Assembly: GCA_036677325.1 (NCBI GenBank)
Contig: JAKFBY010000019.1
Location: forward strand, 807 to 32,806
Reading direction: 5' to 3'
DNA length: 32,000 nt
Origin: Paucimonas sp.
GTDB lineage: Bacteria > Pseudomonadota > Gammaproteobacteria > Burkholderiales > Burkholderiaceae_D
In this document: piece by piece, positions 16,315-26,232 of the stretch
Layout: each line of letters begins with the position of its first letter
How positions within the stretch are numbered: position 1 is the stretch's first letter
Notes under the pieces: generated by a model
The model's input: only the letters and a program-made list of their open reading frames with translations
The model's database searches: none
What the model was told of the DNA's origin: nothing
Made by a program: the position numbers and the translations under genes

Positions 16315-16929
16315 ATGCAGAATATGCACCAAGTCTTTAACCCAATCGCGACGGTCTACCAAACGCAGCTGGAAGCGTCACGGCAATTTGCCGATGCACT
16401 ATTTGCCGGTACGGAGAAAATCGATCATGTCTTGCTTGAAGCAACTCACCGGGCCTTTGCTGAGCAGTTGAAGTTTGCCCAATCCCTGGTCGCGGTACGT
16501 GATCCGCAGGGTGTCGCCAATGCACAGTCCACTTTTTTTTCTCAACGGCCCGAACGGGCGATGGACTATCAGCGCGAGCTGGTTCGCGTCATTGCAGAGG
16601 TGCAAAATGACCTCGGTAATTCGATGCGCCATTACATTGAGCAGTTAAGCAATACCGCGGGCAGCAGCGCTGCCGCATCGATCGATGCGTCGGATCAGCA
16701 GGCACGGGATGCGTTCAATCCGATAACCGGCATGTTTTCATTTTGGGAATCTGCATTTCGGGAAGTGAGCTCACTCGCCAGCAAAAATATGCAGGCAGCA
16801 CGTGATTCCTTTGAACATACCGCAGATGCCGCCTTCTCGGAAGTTGCTGACGCAGCAGACGAGGCCGCGGCAGGTACGTCTGGCCATGCCAGAAAATCGG
16901 CTGCGGCCAGTCATGCCAAGCGTAAATGA
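16315..16929 (+). CDS. phaP: phasin-family PHA-granule protein
   Basis: MQNMHQVFNPIATVYQTQLEASRQFADALFAGTEKIDHVLLEATHRAF... is phasin-like (TIGR01841 type, recalled). An AGGAGAG SD precedes ATG 16315. The upstream part of listed ORF 16195.. is unlikely to be coding. Confidence 0.85.
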   Translation: MQNMHQVFNPIATVYQTQLEASRQFADALFAGTEKIDHVLLEATHRAFAEQLKFAQSLVAVRDPQGVANAQSTFFSQRPERAMDYQRELVRVIAEVQNDLGNSMRHYIEQLSNTAGSSAAASIDASDQQARDAFNPITGMFSFWESAFREVSSLASKNMQAARDSFEHTADAAFSEVADAADEAAAGTSGHARKSAAASHAKRK

Positions 16930-17220
16930 ATTACGAAGCCTGGATTGTCAAAGCTGAATGATAAAAAATTTGGAGCGCGTCACTGGCGCAATCTGGGCAA
17001 CCGTGCGCTTGCACCAAACGTCACCGCTGAGGCGGCCATCGCATATCAGCATCTTTGCCGGTTAATGGCTTTAATTTCCTCATCGGGCTCGGTCTGTAAT
17101 TCTGTCCGTAAGTAATTCGGTTTTGCCGCCGTATCAAGATATACAACAATTGCGCTGGCCAGGATATGGACGAGGCAGTCCTTTCTGCAATGAAGCATGC
17201 GATAAATAGCATGCCTGAAT

Positions 17221-17254
17221 AAAAAGGCCCGGTTCACCAGAACCGGGCCTTTTT
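17221..17254. terminator. bidirectional intrinsic terminator
   Basis: A5, then a perfect 10-bp stem GGCCCGGTTC / GAACCGGGCC with loop ACCA, then T5. It lies 40 nt downstream of the Crp/Fnr gene stop. Confidence 0.8.
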
Positions 17255-17293
17255 GCTTGTTGCTGAAGGTAGTCAGTCTGGATCAGTCGTAGC

Positions 17294-18172
17294 CTAGGCT
17301 GCCACCATCTGCGGTGCTTCCGGTTTTTCTGCTGGTGCGGACGCCGCCGCGGCCTTTAGCTTGCGGGAAGCGAGTTGTTTGGCGCGCGAACTGGACGGCG
17401 GCAAACGACGCAGTGTTTTAAGCGCGTCAATATCCTTGATGCCAATCGAGCGCTGGTCGACGCTGATCAAGCCAATTTCATTGAAAGCGGATAGGGTACG
17501 GCTGACCGTTTCCAGTGTCAGCCCCAGATAACTGCCAATTTCGTGGCGCGTCATGCGCAGGTTGAACAGCTTGCTGGAATAACCCATTTCCGCATAGCGG
17601 TCTGACAGCGACACCAGAAAGCGCGCCACCCTCGCTTCGGCGGAAAGAGCGCCAAGCATGCTGACCATACTTTGTTCACGAACCAGTTCGCGGCTCATGA
17701 CGCTGTACATCGCATGTTCAAATTCGGCATGGGTGCGGCCAAGGGCAGTCAATTTTTTAAATGGCAACAGAATCAGATCACAATTTGATAGCGCGACGGC
17801 TTCCGACGCATAGCGCTTGGTATGGATGCCGTCCACCCCGAACAAATCGCCTTTCATTGGAAAACTTAATACCTGCTCGTTACCAAATTCGTCGATCAGA
17901 ACAGTTTTTAAAAAGCCGGAATGAACGACATAAAGGGTATCGAAGGGTTGCCCGATTGTATGCACACGTTGGCCAGTCTTGAACTGTACATGTTGAAACA
18001 GCAGCTCTTCATCCGCAACCGAAGCGGCCGAAGGAATGCGCAGAAGGTCACATAATTCCTTTAAATTCGACCAGAGCTTTCCCTGGCGCTGCCAACCCGT
18101 TTCATGAGGGGAGGCATGCAATGCTGAATGGGAAGAATCGCCCCGGATTTCCGATGGTTGCGTGGACAACAT
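17294..18172 (-). CDS. Crp/Fnr-family transcriptional regulator
   Basis: Has a cNMP-binding-like beta-barrel (GQRVHTIGQPFDTLYVVHSGFLK...GDLFG) and the C-terminal HTH RHEIGSYLGLTLETVSRTL. It lacks an N-terminal Cys cluster, so it is not a classical [4Fe-4S] FNR. Confidence 0.85.
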   Translation of the reverse strand: MLSTQPSEIRGDSSHSALHASPHETGWQRQGKLWSNLKELCDLLRIPSAASVADEELLFQHVQFKTGQRVHTIGQPFDTLYVVHSGFLKTVLIDEFGNEQVLSFPMKGDLFGVDGIHTKRYASEAVALSNCDLILLPFKKLTALGRTHAEFEHAMYSVMSRELVREQSMVSMLGALSAEARVARFLVSLSDRYAEMGYSSKLFNLRMTRHEIGSYLGLTLETVSRTLSAFNEIGLISVDQRSIGIKDIDALKTLRRLPPSSSRAKQLASRKLKAAAASAPAEKPEAPQMVAA

Positions 18173-18810
18173 AGCATCTCCTATACCAAAAATTAATTCA
18201 TTTACTGTGGTAGCTCAAAAGAGCCACCGCCAATCCTCCAGGCGCTGCGGAATTTTCTCGGGATCGATTACTCGAACCGTCTGAAAATACCATCCGCTCC
18301 TGCGTTCTTTGCGCTCTATACGGTGCGCGTCCGTTTGCAAATCCGAACTTGGCCAACAGATGGTTCGAGCAGATCTGCTGAATAGACAGATTTGCGGGTC
18401 AGTAAATGAAGCATTAGCTAAGCAGCGCTTTGGTCATCCTTGCATGGAACGATGCTGGAATGATGGCAGAGAAGACAAGAATCCCCATGTCGCAGGATAG
18501 TGGCCTTGATCCCTTCTGCAGTCACTCATGGCAGAATTCGTAGATGCTTTTGCGAATTCCGTCGCTCCATATTTCCTGCAAATACAGGAAACAAATGGCT
18601 GACTAAAAACTGTATTGCACGCGTCAATTACAAGTGAAAAGTATGGGGGGCGGGACTCTTATTTACTATCGGTATGTGCTGAATAGACGAGTAGGCAGGG
18701 AGTGTGAGGCGTAAGGATTTCCTTACAAGGAAGGCACGATAAAACAGAGTGTATTTGCCGCAGAGCATGCCCGACAATTCTCATTGGACCAGGCAATCGT
18801 CCTAAGGAGG

Positions 18811-19455
18811 CTAAATCTTGAGCGGTGTCAGCAGCCGATGTTCCACCGCATATTGGACCATTTCAGCCAGTGAATGCATATCCATCTTGTACAGGATGCG
18901 GGTCTTGTGAGTACTGACCGTTTTGGCACTTAAGTGCAATAATTCGGCGATTTCTCCGATGGTCTTGCCGCCAACCAATAAGCTGAATACCTCGAATTCC
19001 CGGTCAGAGAGCTTTTTATGGGGGAAGTCTTCGTTTGACGGCATCGCATCCATGGCCAGCTGTTCTGCGACTTCAATGCTGATATAGGGTCGGCCCGAGG
19101 CAACTTTTCGAATCGCGCTCAATAATTGTGTACCGGCACTTTCCTTGGTCAGGTAACCGCGTGCGCCGGCACGAATCGCCCGAATCGCGTACTGGTCTTC
19201 TTCATGCATGGTCAAAATCAGAATCGGCAACTTGGGCGCTTCATCCTTGATTTGGCGGATCAACTCGACGCCGCTACGGCCGGGCATTGACAGGTCCAGC
19301 ATCAGCAGGTCAAAGCCGCCTTTGCGGACATGGGCTAGCGCTTCAAAGCCATCGACCGCTTCCCCAACGACTTCAATATCGTCAGCGCCATCGAGAATGC
19401 GCTTCAATCCTTCGCGCATGATGGTGTGATCATCGGCAATGACTAGGCGAATCAT
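18811..19455 (-). CDS. NarL/LuxR-family response regulator
   Basis: The REC domain has the DD pair, LDLSMPG, T and K. The C-terminal LuxR HTH reads LSDREFEVFSLLVGGKTIGEIAELLHLSAKTVSTHK. Confidence 0.92.
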   Translation of the reverse strand: MIRLVIADDHTIMREGLKRILDGADDIEVVGEAVDGFEALAHVRKGGFDLLMLDLSMPGRSGVELIRQIKDEAPKLPILILTMHEEDQYAIRAIRAGARGYLTKESAGTQLLSAIRKVASGRPYISIEVAEQLAMDAMPSNEDFPHKKLSDREFEVFSLLVGGKTIGEIAELLHLSAKTVSTHKTRILYKMDMHSLAEMVQYAVEHRLLTPLKI

Positions 19456-19472
19456 AAAATAAAAATTCCCGG

Positions 19473-20594
19473 TTAGACTTGGAACGGTATCGACGCATGG
19501 ATCGTCAAACCGTGCGGTTCACTACTTTTGATGGAGAGTGTACCGTCCAACATATAAATTCTTTCCCGCATGGCACTTAACCCATGGCAGCCTGACTTGT
19601 CCCGGCTGTTTTCATGTAATCCAATCCCGTCATCCTCGATTGTCACATGGAGGTGTTGATCAGTGTGCCATAAACGGATTGTGACATGCCTTGCCTGTGC
19701 ATGGCGCTCCACGTTTAAAAGACTTTCCTGCAAAACGCGAAAAACCGCCGATTCGACCTGGTCACCCGGGCGGCTTGGCACGCCATGATTGATCAATTGG
19801 CAGGCAATTCCCGTTTTTTTGCCAAACGCATCCACCATCCATTCCGCTGCCGCCAACAAGCCGAAATCATCAAGGATAGACGGCCGCAGAGTAGACGCAA
19901 TGCTTTTGGTACGGATAATGATGTTATCCAACAAATGCTGCATTTGAGCAATACGCGTCGGAATGGTCAAATCGGTCAAAGGACTATTTTCTAGCCAGTC
20001 CAGATCCAGCTTCAGCACACTGAGGCGTTGGCCGAGATCATCATACAATTCTTTAGAAAACCGGCGTTTTTCAATTTCAGTGGCTTGCTGGGACGATAAG
20101 GCCAATTTGCGCAAGGTCGATTGCGCCAGTGTCAACCGGACATCCGGCAAGGTACGTTCGAGTAATTCGCGCAGAATAATTGCTAAATATACACGCTCAT
20201 CGATAATCACGCGTGCAATAGCGGCATTAATCAAAATTTCCTGGCCAGCAGCATGCAGACCCTGCAGATCGAGTCGGATGCGCAAGCGCCTGCCACTGAC
20301 TTGGGCGACCGCAAAATTCTTGATTTGAGCACGTTGTTCTGCTCTTGATGCAACCGGAAACAGTATGTCTATCATCTCGCCCGGTAATTGTTCAGCAGGA
20401 TAGCCGAACATGCGCCCGGCTTCCCGATTCGATAAAACGATGCGTGCGGCGGCATCGACCACCAGCACGCCATCCAGTGAAGACTGGATGACGGCCGATA
20501 ACCAGGTGCCGATTTTTTCAATCGGAAAATCAGCGGCTGTGCTGATCGAGGCGGCCACTGATACCGATGATGGATGCACAGATTCAAACATCAC
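19473..20594 (-). CDS. cytoplasmic PAS / HisKA_3 / HATPase sensor kinase with Tyr at the phospho-acceptor position
   Basis: Has a PAS domain (LDGVLVVDAAARIVLSNREAGRMFGY). The H-box region reads KELYDDLGQ instead of ELHDxxGQ. The N box (LLNVERHA), G1 (EDDGIGL) and G2 (GCHGL) are intact. Confidence 0.85.
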   Translation of the reverse strand: MMFESVHPSSVSVAASISTAADFPIEKIGTWLSAVIQSSLDGVLVVDAAARIVLSNREAGRMFGYPAEQLPGEMIDILFPVASRAEQRAQIKNFAVAQVSGRRLRIRLDLQGLHAAGQEILINAAIARVIIDERVYLAIILRELLERTLPDVRLTLAQSTLRKLALSSQQATEIEKRRFSKELYDDLGQRLSVLKLDLDWLENSPLTDLTIPTRIAQMQHLLDNIIIRTKSIASTLRPSILDDFGLLAAAEWMVDAFGKKTGIACQLINHGVPSRPGDQVESAVFRVLQESLLNVERHAQARHVTIRLWHTDQHLHVTIEDDGIGLHENSRDKSGCHGLSAMRERIYMLDGTLSIKSSEPHGLTIHASIPFQV

Positions 20595-20633
20595 TGGAGC
20601 GACTCCTGTAAATTTCCGAAGCAGTAGGCCAAT

Positions 20634-21113
20634 CTATTTTCTGCCTGTGGTGCCGGGCGGCTGCTTGGCCATCCGATAAACCAGAACTGGAATCTGGCAT
20701 GAGGACAAAACCTTGCTAGTGGTGCTGCCCAGCAGCGCTTGACCCCAGCCACTCCTGCCATGCGAGCCGATAAAAATCAGGTCGCAGGCGTGCTGCTCGG
20801 CGACATGAACGATCTCACGTGCTGCTGCGTCAGAAAAGACCGTGATGCCGGACGATTGCACGCCAGCTGCCTTGGCGGCATCGGCAATCGTCTGCAAATG
20901 AATTTCCCCCACTTTGCGCATCGAAGCCAGATATTCATCCTCGGATGGAAAATTAGGCGGAATGATTTCAATGAATACCGGGTATTGATATTCGGGCGAG
21001 ACAAACAAGCCGATCACTTCCGCACCCAGTTGCTGCGCAAATTCGACGCCGGCACGTGCCGCGGCGTTGGAAATGTCGGATCCATCGGTCGGAATCAGAA
21101 TTTTTTTATACAT
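20634..21113 (-). CDS. universal stress protein (single domain)
   Basis: MYKKILIPTDGSD...GSHGRSGWGQALLGSTTSKVL is a typical UspA-type ATP-binding motif. Confidence 0.9.
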   Translation of the reverse strand: MYKKILIPTDGSDISNAAARAGVEFAQQLGAEVIGLFVSPEYQYPVFIEIIPPNFPSEDEYLASMRKVGEIHLQTIADAAKAAGVQSSGITVFSDAAAREIVHVAEQHACDLIFIGSHGRSGWGQALLGSTTSKVLSSCQIPVLVYRMAKQPPGTTGRK

Positions 21114-21165
21114 ATGGCCCCCTGAAATGAAACAAAATTAACAGTCCATTGGAAAGTTCACTTGA

Positions 21166-21179
21166 TATAGCGCAAGCAC
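21166..21179. promoter_or_regulatory. weak FNR/CRP-type box upstream of the USP gene
   Basis: TTGAT-ATAG-CGCAA has a perfect first half-site and a second half-site matching 3/5. It lies 53-66 nt upstream of ATG 21113. Confidence 0.3.
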
Positions 21180-21409
21180 TATACAAACAATTGCACTTCA
21201 TAAACATATCAAAATGTCATCTTTTGTATTGTAAGCCAGCCGCTGCGATATTCCTACTGTTTGTAAACTTTCCTTTTCTATTGAGAAAGGGCGGCATTTT
21301 GCATGCTGTTGCTACTTGCCGTGCATTTTGCCGGGTGAAGACAAGTTGGTCGACCGGCCAAACACCGAAACCAACCGGTGCTGCAGGCGACCTGGTTATT
21401 GGCAGTTAT

Positions 21410-23155
21410 TCACCCGGATTCTACGGATGTACCGCCTTTGACGGGAAGGGTGATTTGCAGTGTCGTGCCCATCTCTGGCGTGCTGTCGATGCGAATCTCG
21501 CCATCCATGGCTGCGACCCGCTCCCGCATCGCAATCAGGCCAAACGAACCGGGCGGGCATCGGTTATTGGCGGCAAATCCCCGGCCGTTGTCAATGATGT
21601 CGATGGTCAGGCAGGCATGCTGGCAATTGATCCGGATATCGACCCGGGTTGCGTGAGCATGCTTGGCAACGTTATTCAGGGCTTCCTGCACCAGGCGGTA
21701 GATCGGCAATGAGTGCGCATCATGCAATGGCGGCATCGGTTCGACAATGTCGAGCCGGCAGGTGATGACTGGATGCTGTTTCGAGAAGCGGGCCGTCAGC
21801 AGTTCCAGTGCGTTGCGCAAGCCATTGTCATCCAGGTCTGTTGGCGGCAGGTCGGCAATGATACGCCGCATCGAAGTCATCATGCTGCCGATCAAGCTAT
21901 CAATGCCGATTGCCAGTTGTGCCAATCGATAGTCGCCCGGCGGCAGATGCTCCCGTAGCGTGACCAGATCCATCTTCATCGCAATCAGCAACTGTCCGAA
22001 ATCATCATGCATTTCCTGCGCGAGCCGCTTATGTTCCTGCTCTCTGAGCGTTTCAAGCTCTGCGATCATCCGGTGCAGGCGCTGACGCGACTGCTCCAAT
22101 GCCTGCTGGGTCTGTTTGCGTTCGGTGATGTCAAGCGCCACCCCTTGCAGGAACATTGCTTCGTTTTGGGCATCGGTGATTACGCGCGCTTCATCGCGCA
22201 GCCACAGTAGATTGCCATTGCGGTGATATATCCGGTACTCGATGCTGAAAGCACTTTTGGATGCCTGTGCTTCGGCAATGGCATGCAACACCCGTTGCCT
22301 GTCTTGCGGATGTAGCCGCGAAATACGCAGGTCGCGATTGCCTGCCCATTCATCGGTGCCAAACCCCAGTAACGACTCCAGCCTGGGACTGACATACATC
22401 GTGCCGCAATTTTTTTTCAGGCTCGCCAGGTAAGGCACGCCGGGTAGCTGATCAATCAGTGCCTGAAACCGGGTCGCAGCTGACAGGCGCTCCCGGTCAG
22501 CATCACGATGCTTGGTAAGGTCGTAACGGAAGCCGTAAAGTAGCTGTCTGCCTGCGGTATCGGAGTCGCATTGCATCCAGTCGTATAAGTAAAGGGTGGC
22601 GCCATCTGGCCGGACGACACGATATTCGCAGCTTGAGCTGCCACCATCCCGAAGCAGTCGTTCCAGCGTGGCCCGAACCTGATGGCGGTCTTCAGCATGC
22701 ACTGTCCGGTTGACATAATCCTCTACTGACGACGCGGGGTCGCTGCCACAGCGTCCAAGCAGCATGCGCATGCCTTCCGACCAGATCTGGCTTTGATGGC
22801 CGGACGCTAAATCGACCACGATTTCATACTGGCCGATACCGGCAACGGTTTCAATTTGTTTTAAGCGCTGATCCTGTACTGGTTTGGCGGTGCCGTCACG
22901 TTTCACCGAAGATGATTGGAAGCCTGCCCGAACCAGGCAAAACAGGGCCAGGCTGATGGCGATGCCGATCAAGGCGGCAGGAATGGGCTGGCGAAGAGCG
23001 CTCAGGACGCTGGCGCCGAGCGACAGTGCCAGGATGCTCCACACCAGCGGCACGCGATCAAACTGGCTGAACTGGCGCGTGCGCAAGAAGTGAAAAACGG
23101 ACGATGACTTAGGCATACTTTCGTTAGCATTAACAGCTGGCGCCTGATCAGTCAT
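21410..23155 (-). CDS. membrane-anchored PAS-PAS / HisKA_3 / HATPase sensor kinase
   Basis: Two N-terminal TM segments and two PAS-like regions. The canonical H box is QEMHDDFGQ. Also has an N box (ALNNVAKHA) and G boxes. Confidence 0.88.
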   Translation of the reverse strand: MTDQAPAVNANESMPKSSSVFHFLRTRQFSQFDRVPLVWSILALSLGASVLSALRQPIPAALIGIAISLALFCLVRAGFQSSSVKRDGTAKPVQDQRLKQIETVAGIGQYEIVVDLASGHQSQIWSEGMRMLLGRCGSDPASSVEDYVNRTVHAEDRHQVRATLERLLRDGGSSSCEYRVVRPDGATLYLYDWMQCDSDTAGRQLLYGFRYDLTKHRDADRERLSAATRFQALIDQLPGVPYLASLKKNCGTMYVSPRLESLLGFGTDEWAGNRDLRISRLHPQDRQRVLHAIAEAQASKSAFSIEYRIYHRNGNLLWLRDEARVITDAQNEAMFLQGVALDITERKQTQQALEQSRQRLHRMIAELETLREQEHKRLAQEMHDDFGQLLIAMKMDLVTLREHLPPGDYRLAQLAIGIDSLIGSMMTSMRRIIADLPPTDLDDNGLRNALELLTARFSKQHPVITCRLDIVEPMPPLHDAHSLPIYRLVQEALNNVAKHAHATRVDIRINCQHACLTIDIIDNGRGFAANNRCPPGSFGLIAMRERVAAMDGEIRIDSTPEMGTTLQITLPVKGGTSVESG

Positions 23156-23679
23156 TGCGGATGGTCTCGAACGGGTGTGGGTGGTGGGACTAGCGAATCA
23201 GCAAAAAATGCTGCGCTGCGCCATAAACTGGCAAGCATAATATTATTAAATCTACAATAAAACAACTATTGGTTCGACGGGTTGTTTACCTGTGGTTAAT
23301 AACCCCTTATTTGTGAAAGCTCAATGCAGCTCGTCGATTTTGAGGGCAGAAAAAATTTTCAATGTGAATCTGGCTAATCGCTGGGCTTGGTGCCAGTGTG
23401 CGCAGATCACGAATGGAAATGGCAGGTAAGGCCTTCAATTGAAAGAAAAAGTGCTGGTTGGGATGGGTGCTAAGCTTGGCCGCGGTTATCCACGCCTTGC
23501 AGGAGGGCCGATGTCGGGGAAATGATACTTCTGAACTCGGGACAGGCGACAGTACCCAGCCAATCGTTGGCCTTTGGGACTGGAGCCAAAGCGTCTTGGT
23601 CGAGAACGGCTAAGCGCTGCAGTGCAACGTTTCATGCAGGGCTGGCAACGGCGTTAATTTTTCCGGTTAAGAAGCCCTT

Positions 23680-24435
23680 TTAATAGGCGACTCGATAGCG
23701 GTATCCCCGGTAATTGAACACGGCGGCCTTGGGCAACATGGCTTCCAGAATCACGCCTGGTGCGGCTTCTTCGCCTTCATGAACCAGGCGTCGATTGATC
23801 AGTAATTGTCGTTCGCGCTGGTTTTCAGAATAGATGTAGCCGCCAATGGTAAAGCCAGGCAATTCGCGTTGAATCTGCTCGGGCAACTCTCGCTGGGTGA
23901 TGACGGCCGATAGCGGATTATTCTGGGTTAGTGCCGTACTCAGCTTCAGGTCGCCATCGCTTGCGGCGGCTGACGGGGCCGGGGCTTTTGGCGCTTGGGC
24001 GGTGACTGGCGTGACCGGGGCGGCTGGCTTGGCGACAGCCTGGACTTTCTTGTGTTTGGTTGCCGGTACCGGATTAACCGGCGCCGGTGGCGGACTGATG
24101 GCGATGATTTCCGGGGCAGAGGCGGCCGCGTTGTCTGCGACCGGCGGCAAGGCTGGTGGTGTAACCGACGCCACTGCCGATAAAGGTGCTGGCAGCGGCT
24201 GGATCGGCTGCGCTGCCGGTGACGTGTCACGCCATGCAGATTGCCAGGGCTGGAACCAGACCAACGCAGCACAACCGGCCAGCAGCACACCTGCAACCAG
24301 CAGCACTGTCTTTTTGGTGTGCAATGGAACGACATCGACCGGTAACGCTGCAGCTGGCTGTGCATGCAAGTGAGGGATGCTACCCAGGTGACGCTCGGCT
24401 TCTGCCTTTTTCAGGGCATCAAGAATATAAGACAT
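23680..24435 (-). CDS. gspB: GspB/ExeB-like general secretion pathway protein
   Basis: N-terminus MSYILDALKKAEAER, one TM segment, a Pro/Ala-rich linker and a conserved C-terminal block ...LINRRLVHEGEEAAPGVILEAMLPKAAVFNYRGYRYRV. It starts 3 nt after the exeA stop. Confidence 0.75.
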   Translation of the reverse strand: MSYILDALKKAEAERHLGSIPHLHAQPAAALPVDVVPLHTKKTVLLVAGVLLAGCAALVWFQPWQSAWRDTSPAAQPIQPLPAPLSAVASVTPPALPPVADNAAASAPEIIAISPPPAPVNPVPATKHKKVQAVAKPAAPVTPVTAQAPKAPAPSAAASDGDLKLSTALTQNNPLSAVITQRELPEQIQRELPGFTIGGYIYSENQRERQLLINRRLVHEGEEAAPGVILEAMLPKAAVFNYRGYRYRVAY

Positions 24436-24438
24436 GGT

Positions 24439-26232
24439 TTATTTCCCTGGCACGGCAGCCGCGACTGCCTGATTGAGGTATAGCCGGGGCTCACTGACGC
24501 CTAGCGCGCCATTCAGTAGCATCAGGGTTTGGGCGCCGGCGATGCCGTCCGCCTGCAGTCCGTGTGCCGTCTGGAATTCCCGAACTTGTCGTGCCATGGC
24601 AGCGCCGAACGGCTGGCCGTTCGAAGTTTCGATGCTGCCCTGCAGTCTGCTCAGTTGCGCGGCCAGCCAGTCGACAGATTCGCCCTGGTCGCCGACACTG
24701 ATGGTCTGCGCAAATCCGGGCGGCGCCCGCCAGAAGGTCACGAATTCGCCGCGAAAATGCGGGGTCAGTTCCGCCAGGCTGACTTGAACATTCTGCAGGC
24801 TGCCGGCAATGCGCAACACCGCAGTCGATTCTGTCAGTCCCATCAGCAGCGCATAGTGCATCGCCTGCCTGTCGTCGCGCAGGTGAACAATGGCGGGGCG
24901 GTTCAATCGCCGCAGCTCCGCGAGTCCGCCACTGCTTCGGTAGCAGGCTACATTTCTGGTTTGCGCCAGCTGGCATGGGTCGCCCTGTTTCAGCGAGATA
25001 CCCCATAATTGCCCGAGCAGGCGATAGGCTTCAGGTTCGTCGCGCATGGCGGGCGAAAACAGCTGGTTCAGGTCGGGCAGTATGACACTGCTAGCCGAAA
25101 TCATCGCCTCCGAGTCAGTCAAGCCCGTGCTGGCAGTCGGCTGCCCGGACCGTGGCGGCGCGACAGGAAAGCGCTTGGCCGGATCGGCGAACGATGAGGG
25201 CAGCCGGCTATGAAGTGAAGTGCTGTCCTGGGCAAGGCTGCGTGCGAGCTTGAACGAACCTGGCTGAAGTGCAAGGGCCGGGGAGGCCGCATGCGGTGTG
25301 GTGTCATAATGGGCAACGCCCCAGGCTATCGCCGCGACCGCGATGGCGCCGGCAGCCGCGCCTGCCGCGGCGAATTGCCATCGCTGGCGCGTTGCAGATA
25401 AGCCCCGCAGTTTTTCGCCAAAGACTTCGCGGGCTGCCTTGTCGAGAATGGCCGAGGTGACTTCGGTTCTGTTGGCGGCATAGGCGCCCAGCAAGGCGCG
25501 ATCGCATAACAAATTGATCCGGCGCGGTACGCCCCGCGTCAGCCGGTAAATCTGCGGCATCAGTGCAGACGGAAACGGCATTGCCGCAATTGCGCCGGCG
25601 ATCGACAGCCGGTAATGGATATAACCGGCGGTTTCCTGCAACGACAGCGCACCCAGATGGTAGCGCGCGATGATACGCTGCGCCAGCTGTTCCAGTTCCG
25701 GACGGGCCAAGATCGTGCGCAGTTCCGGCTGGCCGATCAGAATCACCTGCAGCAGCTTGCGCTCGCTGGTTTCCAGATTGGTCAGCAGGCGCAGCTGTTC
25801 AAGCACGTCTGCCGCCAGATTTTGCGCTTCGTCGATGATCAGGACATTGTTTTTACCTTCGGCATGGCTGCGCAGCAGATAGCCATTGAGTGCATCGACA
25901 TAATTCTTTGCCGACAGCGAGCCGGAGCTCTGGGCAGGAGGCTCGATGCGAAATTCGTCGCAAATCGACTGCAGCAATTCGTTGACTGACAGCTTCGGGT
26001 TGAAAATATAGGCGACGCGGCAGTTGTTTGGAATCTGTTCGAGCAGGCAGCGACACACCGTGGTTTTGCCTGCGCCGATTTCTCCGGTGAGCAGCACAAA
26101 GCCGCCGCCACTTCCGACGCCGTACAACAGATGCGCCAGTGCTTCCCGGTGGCGCTCGCTCATGAACAGGTAGCGCGGGTCGGGGGCGATGGAAAACGGC
26201 GCCTGCTTGAGCTGAAAAAATTGCGTATACAT
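24439..26232 (-). CDS. exeA: ExeA/GspA-like AAA ATPase with a C-terminal peptidoglycan-binding domain
   Basis: MYTQFFQLKQAPFSIAPDPRYLFMSERHREALAHL, Walker A GEIGAGKTT, and a C-terminal PG_binding_1-like VREFQTAHGLQADGIAGAQT. ATG at 26232 is preferred over the listed 26304. Confidence 0.88.
   Translation of the reverse strand: MYTQFFQLKQAPFSIAPDPRYLFMSERHREALAHLLYGVGSGGGFVLLTGEIGAGKTTVCRCLLEQIPNNCRVAYIFNPKLSVNELLQSICDEFRIEPPAQSSGSLSAKNYVDALNGYLLRSHAEGKNNVLIIDEAQNLAADVLEQLRLLTNLETSERKLLQVILIGQPELRTILARPELEQLAQRIIARYHLGALSLQETAGYIHYRLSIAGAIAAMPFPSALMPQIYRLTRGVPRRINLLCDRALLGAYAANRTEVTSAILDKAAREVFGEKLRGLSATRQRWQFAAAGAAAGAIAVAAIAWGVAHYDTTPHAASPALALQPGSFKLARSLAQDSTSLHSRLPSSFADPAKRFPVAPPRSGQPTASTGLTDSEAMISASSVILPDLNQLFSPAMRDEPEAYRLLGQLWGISLKQGDPCQLAQTRNVACYRSSGGLAELRRLNRPAIVHLRDDRQAMHYALLMGLTESTAVLRIAGSLQNVQVSLAELTPHFRGEFVTFWRAPPGFAQTISVGDQGESVDWLAAQLSRLQGSIETSNGQPFGAAMARQVREFQTAHGLQADGIAGAQTLMLLNGALGVSEPRLYLNQAVAAAVPGK

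Noticed and set aside
17021-17237. Two overlapping 63-aa minus-strand ORFs between the phasin gene and the Crp/Fnr gene.
   Set aside because: One starts inside the terminator hairpin at 17221-17254. The sequences are low-complexity or odd and have no SD. The 290-nt spacer is more likely a 3-prime UTR or non-coding.
23480-23640. A stop-free minus-strand stretch (..LAVLDQDALAPVPKANDWLGTVACPEFRSIISPTSALLQGVDNRGQA) in the 524-bp spacer between the kinase gene and gspB.
   Set aside because: It is only 53 codons long, has no start codon or SD, and no recognisable family. It could be a gene remnant, but the evidence is insufficient.
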